NCBI GenBank assembly: GCA_964016885.1
Contig: OZ024743.1
Location: 218,798,001 to 218,862,000, forward strand
Reading direction: 5' to 3'
Source of the DNA: Eledone cirrhosa
Taxonomy: Eukaryota
Length of the DNA stretch: 64,000 nt
In this document: piece by piece, positions 49,501 to 59,013 of the stretch
Layout of the letters: every line of letters begins with the position of its first letter
How positions within the stretch are numbered: the stretch's first letter is position 1
Made by a program: the position numbers and the translations under genes
The notes under the pieces: model-generated
Told to the model about the DNA's origin: nothing
Seen by the model: only the letters and a program-made list of their open reading frames with translations
The model's database searches: none

Positions 49501-51067
49501 GGTGTGTGTGAAAGTGAGGTAAGGTGTGTGTGAAAGTGAGGTGAGGTGTGTGTGAAAGTGAGGTGAGGTGTGTGTGAAAGTGAGGTGAGGTGTGTGTGAA
49601 AGTGAGGTGAGGTGTGTGTGAAAGTGAGGTGAGGTGTGTGTGTAAGAGAGGTAAGGTGTGTGTGAAAGAGAGGTAAGGTGTGTGTGAAAGAGAGGTGAGG
49701 TGTGTGTGAAAGTGAGGTGAGGTGCGTGTGAAAGTGAGGTGAGGTGTGTGAAAGTGAGGTGAGATGTGTGTGAAAGTGAGGTAAGGTGTGTGTGAAAGTG
49801 AGGTAAGGTGTGTGTGAAAGTGAGGTGAGGTGTGTGTGAAAGTGAGGTGAGGTGTGTGTGAAAGTGAGGTGAGGCGTGTGTGTAAATGAGAGATTAGGTG
49901 TGTGTGAAAGTGAGGTGAGGTGTGTGTGAAAGTGAGGTAAGGTGTGTGTGAAAGTGAGGTAAGGTGTGTGTGAAAGTGAGGTAAGGTGTGTGTGAAAGTG
50001 AGGTGAGCTGTGTGTGAAAGTGAAGTGAGGTGTGTGTGAAAGTGAGGTGAGGTGTGTGTGAAAGTGAGGTGAGGTGTGTGTGAAAGTGAGGTGAGGTGTG
50101 TCTGAAAGTGAGGTGAGATGTGTCTGTAAATGAGAGATCAGGTATGTGTCAGAGTGAGATCAGGCGTGAGTGAAAGAGAGGTCAGGTGTTTGTGTGAAAG
50201 TGAGGTCAGTTGTGTATGAAAGGATGGGCAGCTGTGTGTGAAGGAGCGATCAGTTATGTGTGAAAGTGCGATCAGTTGTGTGTGAAAGTGAAATCAGGTG
50301 TGTGTGGAAGGGTGACCAGATTTATTGAAATATAGGCCACTTGTGAGGGAGTAAGGAATTGGTACTTGTGTGAAGGCGATGATACTTGTGTCTGAAACAA
50401 AAGCTTTCTGTATTTGAAAGATCGGTAATATATGAAGGAGAGGCAAGATGTGTTGTGTGGGAAAATGTAATGATCTGTACAAAAGAAAAGCCTGCATGTT
50501 AAAAATAAGATCATGCATCAAAATTAGGTACTTGTGAGCAAAAGAAAGGCATGTACATGACAGAAATTCTTGTCAATCGAGAGAGCACTATACATAGCTG
50601 AGAGGTTTGTATATGTGTGTATGTTTGTGTGTGTATGCGGTGTCGATGGTGGGGGCAGTACTCTGAAATCTCACGTGGATGCTTTATTAATGAATGTGAA
50701 AAAGAGACTTATGTCATGCAAAAGCGACGTTTCTTCAGTATGAAAAGGGAAGTCATTATATTTCTTATGTTTGGCTTCCTATGTGAAAATGCAGAAAAAA
50801 AAAAGGGGTGTTGAACAAGAGGTTCAGCATTGTATTTCTTTCAGTAGCAGGGGAAAAGAAATAAATAAGAAAAAAGAAAAATTGCACAAAAATAAATGTT
50901 TAAATTTAAAAAGATAAAAAATGGGAGAGAAAAAAGTAAAAGTGGCCACTTTTGTAGTGTGGAAAAAAGCATTGAATTTAGAAAGCAGATGGGTGTAAAC
51001 AACGAGTTACATAGAAAAAATGGTACGAGATCTAACTACACTGCAGTGTGCGTGATGTCAGTATGGA

Positions 51068-51147
51068 GGGGGGGGGGGAAGAAGAAGAAGAAGAAGAAGA
51101 AGAAGAAGAAGAAGAAGAAGAAGAAGAAGAAGAAGAAGAAGAAGAAG
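51068..51147. repeat. G11 run followed by (AAG)23 microsatellite
   Basis: Directly visible; it explains the poly-Lys ORF at 50896..51174. Confidence 0.97.
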
Positions 51148-51333
51148 AAAAATAAAAGAAGAAAGAAGTGTTAAAGAATAAAGAACTTTAACTCATGATG
51201 TAGTCTGCAAAAGTCACTTGGAAATCCTGAGGGTTTTTGTTGTTTGTTTAAATGTTTTTTTTTCCTTGTTGTTTTTTTTTGCATTGGACTATTTATTTTA
51301 TGTTCTCTTGGAGAGAAATAATATAAATATTTC

Positions 51334-51814
51334 AATAGTAGCAGCAACAACTACACCAACAAGAGTAGTAACAACAACAGCAGTAACAATACCGACAATA
51401 CCAACACCAATACCAATGACACAAACAATAGCAACATCAACAGCACCAACCCCAACAAGAGTAGCAACAACACCAACAGTAGCAGCAACAACAACAACAA
51501 CACCAATACCAGCAGTACTAACTCCCACAAGAGTAACAACAACAAAAACAACATCAGCACCAACACCAACAACAACAACAGCACCAAAAACACCAGCCTC
51601 ACCAATACCAACAGCAACACTAACAGTACTAATACCAAAAGTAACACCAACACCAGCAGAACTAACAACAACAATACCAACAGCACCAATACTAACAACA
51701 ACAGCACCAACACCAACAAAACCAACACACACCAGCAGAACCAACAACAGCACCAATACCAACAACAACACCAACAAAAAAACCAACATCAGCAGCACCA
51801 ATACCAACAACAGC
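51334..51814. repeat. Degenerate (ACA/CCA/GCA/ATA)n trinucleotide low-complexity tract
   Basis: Cryptic triplet repeat that produces Thr/Pro-rich and Leu/Val-rich ORFs on both strands. Confidence 0.9.
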
Positions 51815-52459
51815 ATGTTTTATATTGTTATTGTTTTATGATTCATTTATTTATTTATTTATTTTGAAGACAAAAAAAAAACCGATTTTGAGAAAACCAG
51901 AAATCAATAAATCAATCGGGGTGTTATTCTATGGAGAACTGTGAAATCCTGTAAATATTACAGGTGAATGGAATAGGTAAGGAAAGTAAATACAATAACA
52001 ACAGGTAAAAATATAAACTAATGATTAAATAGTGGGAGAAATAAAATGTAAGAGAAAAGAAGGGAAGGTAAGATCTGCTAGTGGTGGTGGTGGTGGAGTG
52101 AGGAAGAGGAGGAGGAGGAGGGGAGAAGAAGAAGTAAAAGAAAAAAAGAAGAAAAAGAAGAAACAGAAAAAGAAGAAGAAATGAATAGAAAAATATAAAA
52201 AAATGAATATGAAACCAGAAGACATGGAAAGAACTGGAAAGTATTGGAAATAATAGATATATATGTAGATGTATACATAGGAATATACAGCAAAACACAT
52301 ATATGTTCATGATTATATACACACACATAAACACACAGCATGTATGTGCATGTGTGTACATTGGTCCAACCTACCTTTACCAAGAACTGAATAAATAACA
52401 AGGAAATTCCATTTAGAATCAAAGGAATGAAAATTTTATATTTGAAAGTAGGTTATTCA

Positions 52460-52724
52460 GCAGAATATGTCGTGTGTGTGTGTGTGGCATACACTCATGT
52501 TTGCATACATGCATTCACACATGCTCATACATACATGCACACATACACACACACATGCATACACACACATATACTCACATGTCGCAATATAGTCCACATA
52601 CACATGGTTATACACATTTGTGAGACAACTTACCTGACCATATATATATGTATAAATATATACATAACATACACACACATCTAAACATATAAACCTTTTT
52701 ATTTCTTATATATATATATATATA
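52460..52724. repeat. Mixed (TG)/(CA)/(TA) dinucleotide low-complexity tract
   Basis: Directly visible. Confidence 0.8.
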
Positions 52725-52838
52725 TGAGGTTGGTGTTAGGAAGGGCATCCAGCTGTAGAAATCAAGCCAGAATCAGTTCCCGTCCCACCCTTGCAAGCAG
52801 GGAAAAGCAGACGTAAAAAATGATGAAAAAATGATGAT
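52724..52838 (+). mobile_element. 5'-truncated SINE/RTE-type 3' tail ending in (ATG)n
   Basis: Nearly identical to 59792-59900 (GGTTGGTGTTAGGAAGGGCATCCAGCTGTAGAAATCAAGCCAG...). Confidence 0.85.
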
Positions 52839-53233
52839 ATATTTATATATATATCTGTATATATATATGCCTAAAAAGGACCTCATGACAAATATAACAT
52901 ATGGACAGAATACAGCTTGATGTACCTCACGGAGGTGGGGGAGGGGCACTCCCTTGTGTCAAATCTCAAGGTAGGGAACCTGGTTGAACCAAAGGTGGGG
53001 TTCTGTCTGTCTATGATGGTCAAGGATTGCAAGACAGAACTGACATGACAAGGGATGAAATGCTTGAAGGGTGAAGTGTGATGAAAAATTGTAGAATTGG
53101 GTGAAATTAAGGAAAAGTGGAGACATATGGAGAGATCATTGAATATGAAGAATGAATGGGATGGCAACTTGAATAAATATACAATATGCACTGGGTGGAT
53201 ATAATGAAAATGTGGCAGTGTGAAGGATTATTA

Positions 53234-53397
53234 AATAATTGTTTCTACATTTGGCAGTAGTCCAGCAACCTTTTTTTATGGGGGGGGGGGGGGGGGGGGG
53301 CAATTAAATCGTCCCCAGTGCATAGCTGGTACTTTATTTTATCAAACCCATAAGAATGAAAGGCAAAGCTAATCCTGGCGGGATTTGAACTCAGAAC
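53234..53397 (-). mobile_element. tRNA-derived SINE (octopus OK-like), 5'-truncated, with an internal G21 run
   Basis: The reverse complement carries the B-box GTTCAAATCC and aligns to the copies at 60222 and 62926. The family name is from memory. Confidence 0.8.
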
Positions 53398-53499
53398 CCC
53401 GCCAAGGTTAGCTTTGCCTTTCATCATTACAGGATCGGATGTTGCAGCTACATTTAAATATAAATGTGTGTATGGAGGAAACTTCACATGGATAACATG

Positions 53500-53792
53500 A
53501 TAAGTTGGATCATGGTAACGGTGTAAAGATGGAAGGTTTGATTGAAAACATTGTTTTGCCTTGAAGACAAGTTGAATGAAAAGAATGGATCAAACCTTTG
53601 CAGCAGTGTCTAGAGTATGATGTGCAGGGAATAATTTGTAGAAAATGAGTAGTGTGTTCATGAGAAGGGGAGTGTCCTTGAAACTGAAGGGAAAGCTGTA
53701 TGCAGCATGTGTGAGAAGTGCCATGATTTAGAGGAGTATGTCATAGGTGGTGAACATAAAGCAGCAGTGAAGGGTGGAAAGAATGGAAATGT
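53500..53792 (+). mobile_element. Old, degraded RTE-clade LINE fragment (post-RT region)
   Basis: Translates with stops to ...GVSLKLKGKLYAACVRSAMI...RVERMEM, homologous to GFSLKMKGRLYDDCIRTAML...RLERNE in the adjacent LINE. Confidence 0.75.
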
Positions 53793-53949
53793 CCATCGGC
53801 TGACTATGAAGGAGTGATGCTAGAGCTGTGAAATCTTGCATGCATTTATTTCAACTCTTCTTATTAATAACTGCATTGTTTCTTTCCGGAGACTATGTTG
53901 AAAAATAAACATCATTTGATTATTTCATGAGTATTTGTTTCGACCGCGG

Positions 53950-56900
53950 ATGGCCAACATAACCCCAACCCCATCCCCCCTTCCTGCGCCCCACCCACCA
54001 AACGCAATCCAAAACTTCAGAGTTGGTACCATGAATGTAGGCACCTTAAAAGGCCGCTCTAACGAGGTTATAGAAATGCTTGAACGTAAGGAGGTTGATG
54101 TTTGCTGTATCCAAGAGACCAGGTGGAGGGGCGGGTCTGCTAGATTAATTGTGGGTAAAAAACGATGCTATAAGCTTTTCTGGGTGGGAAATGACAATGG
54201 GCTGGGTGGGGTAGCAATCATGTTAGCAGAAAAATGGGTGGACAAGATAATAGACGTAAATAGAGTGAATGACAGAATAATTAAAATGTGACAGTAATAT
54301 CTGCATACGCACCCCAACCCGGACTGCCTGGCACTATAAAAGACAGATTCTATGAGACACTGATGCTCACTACCTCCCAAATAACCGACAGTGACTATAT
54401 AATTATTGCTGGCGACCTAAATGGTCACGTTGGACAACATTGTGACGGCTATGACGGAATCCACGGCGGCTATGGGTTTGGTACTAGAAATGAGGAAGGC
54501 TCCAGAATCCTGGAATTCTGTGACGCAAATAACCTAACTATCTGTAACACTAACTTCAAAAAATGAGACAATCACTTGATCACCTACAGATCAGGGGAAC
54601 ATACCAGCCAGGTAGATTATATCCTTACCAGAAGACGTGACAGAGTGTCTATTGTAAACACTAAATCCCTCCCCCATGAAGAATGCACCTCCCAACATAG
54701 ACTGATAATTAGCGACCTCATAGTCAGGACGAGACGTACTCAACAACAGAAGAGGACTATCCTCAGGAGAAAAATATGGAAGCTAAAAGACCCCACAGCA
54801 GGTAATAAATTTAAAAGCATATTACTTGATGCTTTCGACAGTAAGGAAGAGCATTTAGAGTCGTACAATATAGAGGGACAGTGGGAATTCCTGAAAGCAA
54901 ACCTGCTGATGGCGGCAGACGAAGTCTGTGGCTGGAGCAGGCCTATAGGCAGGAGGAGAGTAACGTGGTGGTGGAACAGTAAGGTGGAGGAGTCAATTAA
55001 GGCCATAAAGCAGGCTTGGTAAGTATAGCGGGATGGGGGAAGTAGAGAAGACTGTAGCAGGAGTTGCCTCCCTTATTGTGACACTCACATCACCAATAGA
55101 TTAACGCTCTCTAGATAGGAAGTAGAACCCTTTCTGTAACTTCCGTTCCAACCCTATAAAGGGAATAACTTTAAGCTCCCTATCTCTCATTTGCCCTTTC
55201 GGCTCCTGGCCTTTGGCGAGGCGTCTTCGGCGAGGCGTCTTCGGCGAGGTGTCTTCGGCCAGGCGCGTTCGCCTGGCAACCAAACGGTCACAAATAACTT
55301 TGCTTCATTCTATACTGTTCTATATATCCACAAATTGTTAATTAAATATTATACACACAAACCACGTCTCTTGTTATACTTATACAACCCAATATTAGAT
55401 TATCAAGTGGCCAGGAGGGAAGCTAGGAGACAAGTGTACTTCGCAAGAAGGGAAGCAGAGGAAAGAAAGTTCAAGCATGTTCTACGACGCGAGGACCAAA
55501 AACGTGAGGTGTTCAGGATTGCTAGGCAATATGTCAAGGAAAACCGTGATATTGTCGGGGAGAAGTGTGTCCTTAATGATGATGGTGTACTTGCCATCAC
55601 TGACGCTGATAAGAAGGTAGCTTGGAAGTGTCACTACGAAAGGCTACTAAATGAGGAGAATAAATGGGAGAAAGACAGTCTCCCCCACATCGATCCAATA
55701 GAGGGACCAGCAGTGTTAGTCGAAGGTAGTATAATAAGTAAGGCAATCAAAGATATGAAGATGGGTAAGGCGGCTGGGCCTTCGGAAATAGTTGCTGAAA
55801 TGCTGAAAGTTTCTGGAACGGTGGGACACTCCATGGTCACCCGGATAGTAAACCAAGTCATACAGAATGGGGTTGTTCCGAAGGACTGGCGTAGCAGCAT
55901 CATCATTAACTGCTACAAGGGTAAAGGAGATGACCTAGATAGGAGCAACTATAGAGGCATTAAATTAATCGACCAGGTCATGAAGGTCACAGAAAAAGTA
56001 ATAGCGCAACTAATCAGAGAGAGAATTGATCTAGATGAAATGCAGTTCAGGTTTGTGTCAGTACCACAGACGCTCTTTTCATTGTACAACAACTACAGGA
56101 GAAGTACCTAGCTAAAAGTAAACCCCTATACCCAGCTTTTGTCGACTTGGAGAAAGCCTTCGATAGAGTCCCCCGTTCCATTATCTGGTGGGCTCTTAGA
56201 AAACTAGGTGTTGATGAATGGCTTGTGAGAGCTATACAAGCCATGTATAAAGAAACAGTCAGCAGGGTTAGAATTAACAACGAATATAGTGAAGAGTTTA
56301 GCGTAAAAGTTGGTGTTCATCAGGGCTCCGTTCTTAGCCCCCTACTATTTATTATTGCCCTTCAGGCTATAACAGTGGAGTTGTCTAAGACTAAAGTTCT
56401 AGTTTGTAGGAAGGAAAATAGGGCACCGGTCCCATCCGGGAAATGGCCATGCTCAGTGTGTAGGAAAGGAGTAGGTAGAAACTCCATTTTATGTCCCAAA
56501 TGCAAAGTATGGGTGCATAAAAGATGTAGTGGGATCACAGGTAAGCTAACTAAGAACATAGATTTTATATGTGGCCGGTGCTCTGGTGCAATAAGTAGCA
56601 GCAAATGCCCACAGAATACTAGCTCATTCCATTGCACAGATGGTTCTATAGAAATAGTGGACACCTTCCGTTACTTGGGTGACAAAATCAGCAGTGGTGG
56701 AGGGTGCTCTGAAAGTACAGTAGCTAGAGTCAGAACTGGATGGAAAAAGTTCAGAGAGCTTATACCACTATTAGTCGCTAAAGGGTTCTCTCTAAAAATG
56801 AAAGGCAGGCTGTATGATGACTGCATACGAACAGCAATGTTACATGGCAGTGAGACCTGGGCATTGTGTGCAGAGGATATACGCAGACTGGAGAGGAACG

Positions 56901-57236
56901 AAGCTTGCATGCTCCGCTAGATGTGTAATAGTAATATACGTGAACGGCAAAGCATAAACGAACTAAGGGAAAAATTAGAAATAAGAGGGATCAGTGGTTG
57001 TTTACTCGAGAGAAGACTACGTTGGTATGGTCACGTGATGCGCATGAAAGACGACAGCTGTATAAAAAAAGTGCAGGGCAATAAAAATAGACGGTAGCCA
57101 CGGAGTAGGCAGACCCAGAAAAACCTGGGACTACTTGATAAATTCCGACCTCACACACTTACACCTCTCCAAGACAATGTCACTGGACCGAGATCTTTGG
57201 TGCTACACAGTTATACAGAAGACCCGCCTTACCTAA
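53950..57236 (+). pseudogene. Disrupted APE endonuclease-reverse transcriptase ORF of the RTE element
   Basis: APE motifs GTMNVGTL, IQETRW, SAYAPQ, GDLNGHVG, QVDYIL, SQHR. RT motifs YKGKGD...NYRGIKL, QFxF, FVDLEKAFD, GVHQGSVLSPLLF, FRYLG. C-terminal RRLRWYGHV and GRPRKTW. Stops at 54564, 55020, 55026 and 56918; frameshifts at ~54288, ~56058 and ~57070; YADD is missing. Confidence 0.93.
55053..55396 (+). mobile_element. 344-bp solo-LTR-like insertion inside the LINE ORF
   Basis: Removing 55053-55400 restores GGSRED-YQVARREA in frame. The insert begins TGTAG, is flanked by AGAC/AGAT (4-bp TSD, one mismatch), and has TATAAA at 55155 and ATTAAA at 55341. The 3' end is not the canonical CA. Confidence 0.7.
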
Positions 57237-57904
57237 GTACAAAGTGAAACCTACTACAGTCAGTAGGCACCTCTAACAAAATACACCCCCACCCCATCCA
57301 CACCACCCCTTTCAATGTAAAGCTATGTTGGTACCACAACATCCAGTCCGAAATGAATGAGGTCGTGTAGGTGTCACGACAAAAAAACACAGTCCACGCT
57401 GTAATGTGGCCGTGTAGGTAACACGGTAAAAACCTCCCAGTCCACACTGTGAATGTGGTTGGTGTTAGGAAGGGCATCCAACCGTAGAAAACCCGCCAGA
57501 CAGTCCTATGCGAGCAAGACAACTACTCTTGCCTCAAGTGGGAAAACTCCCATCCAAACCCATGCAAGCGTGGAAGATGGACATTAAACGATGATGATGA
57601 TTACGATGATATATCTTGGTCAGATTATGAACTTTTCAGCCAACCCTCTTAAGTACGTTAAAACAGTACCCCGTTTCAGAAAACAATGATTTTAACATCA
57701 TAACCCATAAGGAGACCAGATCCATGATTTGTATAATGATGAGAGTCAAGATAAGGATAGTGTCAGTGTTGAGAGTGTGTGTGTGTTTGCACACGTGCAT
57801 GTAGTAAAATGGATAAAAATGATTGTAAATTGAAACTGCATAGCTAAAAAATAAACCACACACAGCCCTGTTATTGGTTTGCATGAACCAGATTAAATGA
57901 AAGT

Positions 57905-57965
57905 ACACCATCCTACCCTTGCTAGCAGGGAAAGCTGACATTAAAATGACAATGGTGATGATGAT
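57905..57965 (+). mobile_element. Short RTE/SINE 3'-tail remnant
   Basis: CATCCTACCCTTGCTAGCAGGGAAAGCTGACATTAAAATGA...GATGAT resembles the terminal ~60 bp of the other tails. Confidence 0.65.
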
Positions 57966-58280
57966 ACTTGAAAACAATAAAAGGCTAAATAACAAAACAA
58001 ATGAAATTTACTTTCTCTGATGTGTGTGAAAGTATTGTTGATGAAGACATTGCTATTTTCTCAATATAACATACATACATAGAGCGAAAAAGATGAAAGA
58101 AAATCGTAGTTAGTGTAGCATAAATAAACCGATTTACCTGTCAACAACTGGTTGAGCAACATGCTTAAAGATAACATCTTGCTGAATATCTTGGTTAAAT
58201 ACATTTCGGAACCTGAAATAATTATAGAATGTATAATACAAGCATGCAAAATAGGGAAAAATTTTGTAGTTAATCTGAGA

Positions 58281-58507
58281 TGAGGCTATAGTAGAAGGGA
58301 CACTTGTCCAAAGGTGCCACACTAGATGTCAAACCCTGAACTCTGTGGTAGAAAAGTTGCCATGAGGACAAAGCACCATGTTTTTTTACATGTATACATA
58401 TTCATGCATAACTGTGTGGTTAAGAAGTTTACTTTTCTACCACAGAGTTCAGGGTTTGACACCTAGTGTGGCACCTTTGGACAAGTGTCCCTTCTACTAT
58501 AGCCTCA
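58281..58507. repeat. Inverted repeat with 77-bp arms (58281-58357 and 58431-58507), one mismatch, 73-nt spacer
   Basis: Base-by-base reverse complement; the only mismatch is A58326 opposite C58462. Confidence 0.95.
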
Positions 58508-58564
58508 AGCAAACCAATGCCTTCTTAGTGAATTTGGTAAACAGAATCAGCAAGGAAGTCCATG

Positions 58565-58602
<38 letters not shown>
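58405..58602 (+). mobile_element. Degraded tRNA-derived CORE-like SINE with (TA)/(TG) tail
   Basis: Degenerate A-box (CTGTGTGGTTAAG) and B-box (GGTTTGACAC), CORE-like GGCACCTTTGGACAAGTGTC, dinucleotide tail. Confidence 0.65.
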
Positions 58603-58730
58603 TAATTTTAGGTTTAATCAATACATATAAAATATATATCAATAATGTTTCTCAGTACAAAGCTCAAAAAAAATGTCTATGGGATTGTAGGCCATTAAAA
58701 CATCTTGAAGTATGTATTTTTATGTTTATA

Positions 58731-58912
58731 CAGTGAAATTCCGTTATAATGAAATTCACAGGGTATAAAAAAAATTTGTTGTAACAAAAAATTCTTTCTA
58801 ATGAGATCGATCGAAACAAATCAAGCGTTTGTTTGTTACCTCAGAGATTAAAAAATGTTGTTATACTGAAAAATTTGTTATAATGGTATTCAATATAACG
58901 GAATTTTACCTG
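58731..58912. mobile_element. pogo/Tigger-like MITE (Tc1/mariner superfamily), 182 bp
   Basis: Imperfect TIRs CAGTGAAATTCCGTTATA ... TATAACGGAATTTTACCTG, flanked by TA on both sides, with internal TTGTTATA-type subterminal repeats. Confidence 0.75.
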
Positions 58913-59013
58913 TATATTATTTGTTCTGTATATATGTACAAATACTAGCTGTTCCTCAATTGATATATCCTGTTATATATTTATAGTTTAAACTGATATA
59001 TATATATATATAT

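Larger units (their letters stand above)
1..50310 (+). repeat. 22-bp tandem satellite array, consensus GAAAGTGAGGTGAGGTGTGTGT, ~2,300 monomers, open at the left edge
   Basis: The monomer is directly visible throughout. Common variants are GTAAGG or GTCAGG for the second GTGAGG, AGAG for AGTG, and 17/18/20/24-bp length variants. The + strand is almost free of C. I saw no inserted foreign sequence or orientation switch. Confidence 0.99.
53793..57610 (+). mobile_element. RTE-clade non-LTR retrotransposon (LINE), near full length, inactivated
   Basis: Single ORF with APE endonuclease then RT, a 3' UTR and a (GAT)n tail ending ~57610. The 5' boundary is approximate and no TSD was found. Confidence 0.92.

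Noticed and set aside
1-50310. Telomere or long-unit telomeric repeat (TNAGG pentamers resemble TTAGG)
   Set aside because: The G-rich strand runs 5'->3' toward the unique flank, opposite to a chromosome end at the left. Kb-scale variant duplications indicate recombination rather than telomerase synthesis, and there are no TTAGGG tracts.
1-50310. CRISPR-like array
   Set aside because: There are no unique spacers and no cas genes, and the context is eukaryotic.
1-50310. Transcription-factor site arrays (AGGTCA nuclear-receptor half-site, CAGGTG E-box, AGGTGTGAAA T-box, GTGAAAGTG PRDM1/IRF-like)
   Set aside because: Short motifs arise trivially from one-step variants of the monomer, and there is no independent support.
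50896-51174. Poly-Lys ORF
   Set aside because: It is the (AAG)23 microsatellite.
51218-51841. Mucin-like Thr/Pro-rich protein with a hydrophobic N-terminus
   Set aside because: TTG start; the hydrophobic part comes from a poly-T tract; the triplet register shifts midway (Thr to Asn); both strands are open, as expected for a cryptic (ACA)n repeat.
52885-53215. Possible older RT remnant upstream of the 53500 fragment
   Set aside because: Only a faint resemblance (EIKEKWRHMERSL) and no diagnostic motif.
53793-53950. Self-cleaving ribozyme in the RTE 5' UTR
   Set aside because: HDV-like ribozymes are known in some RTEs, but I could not fit the fold by eye; an Infernal or RNArobo search would be needed.
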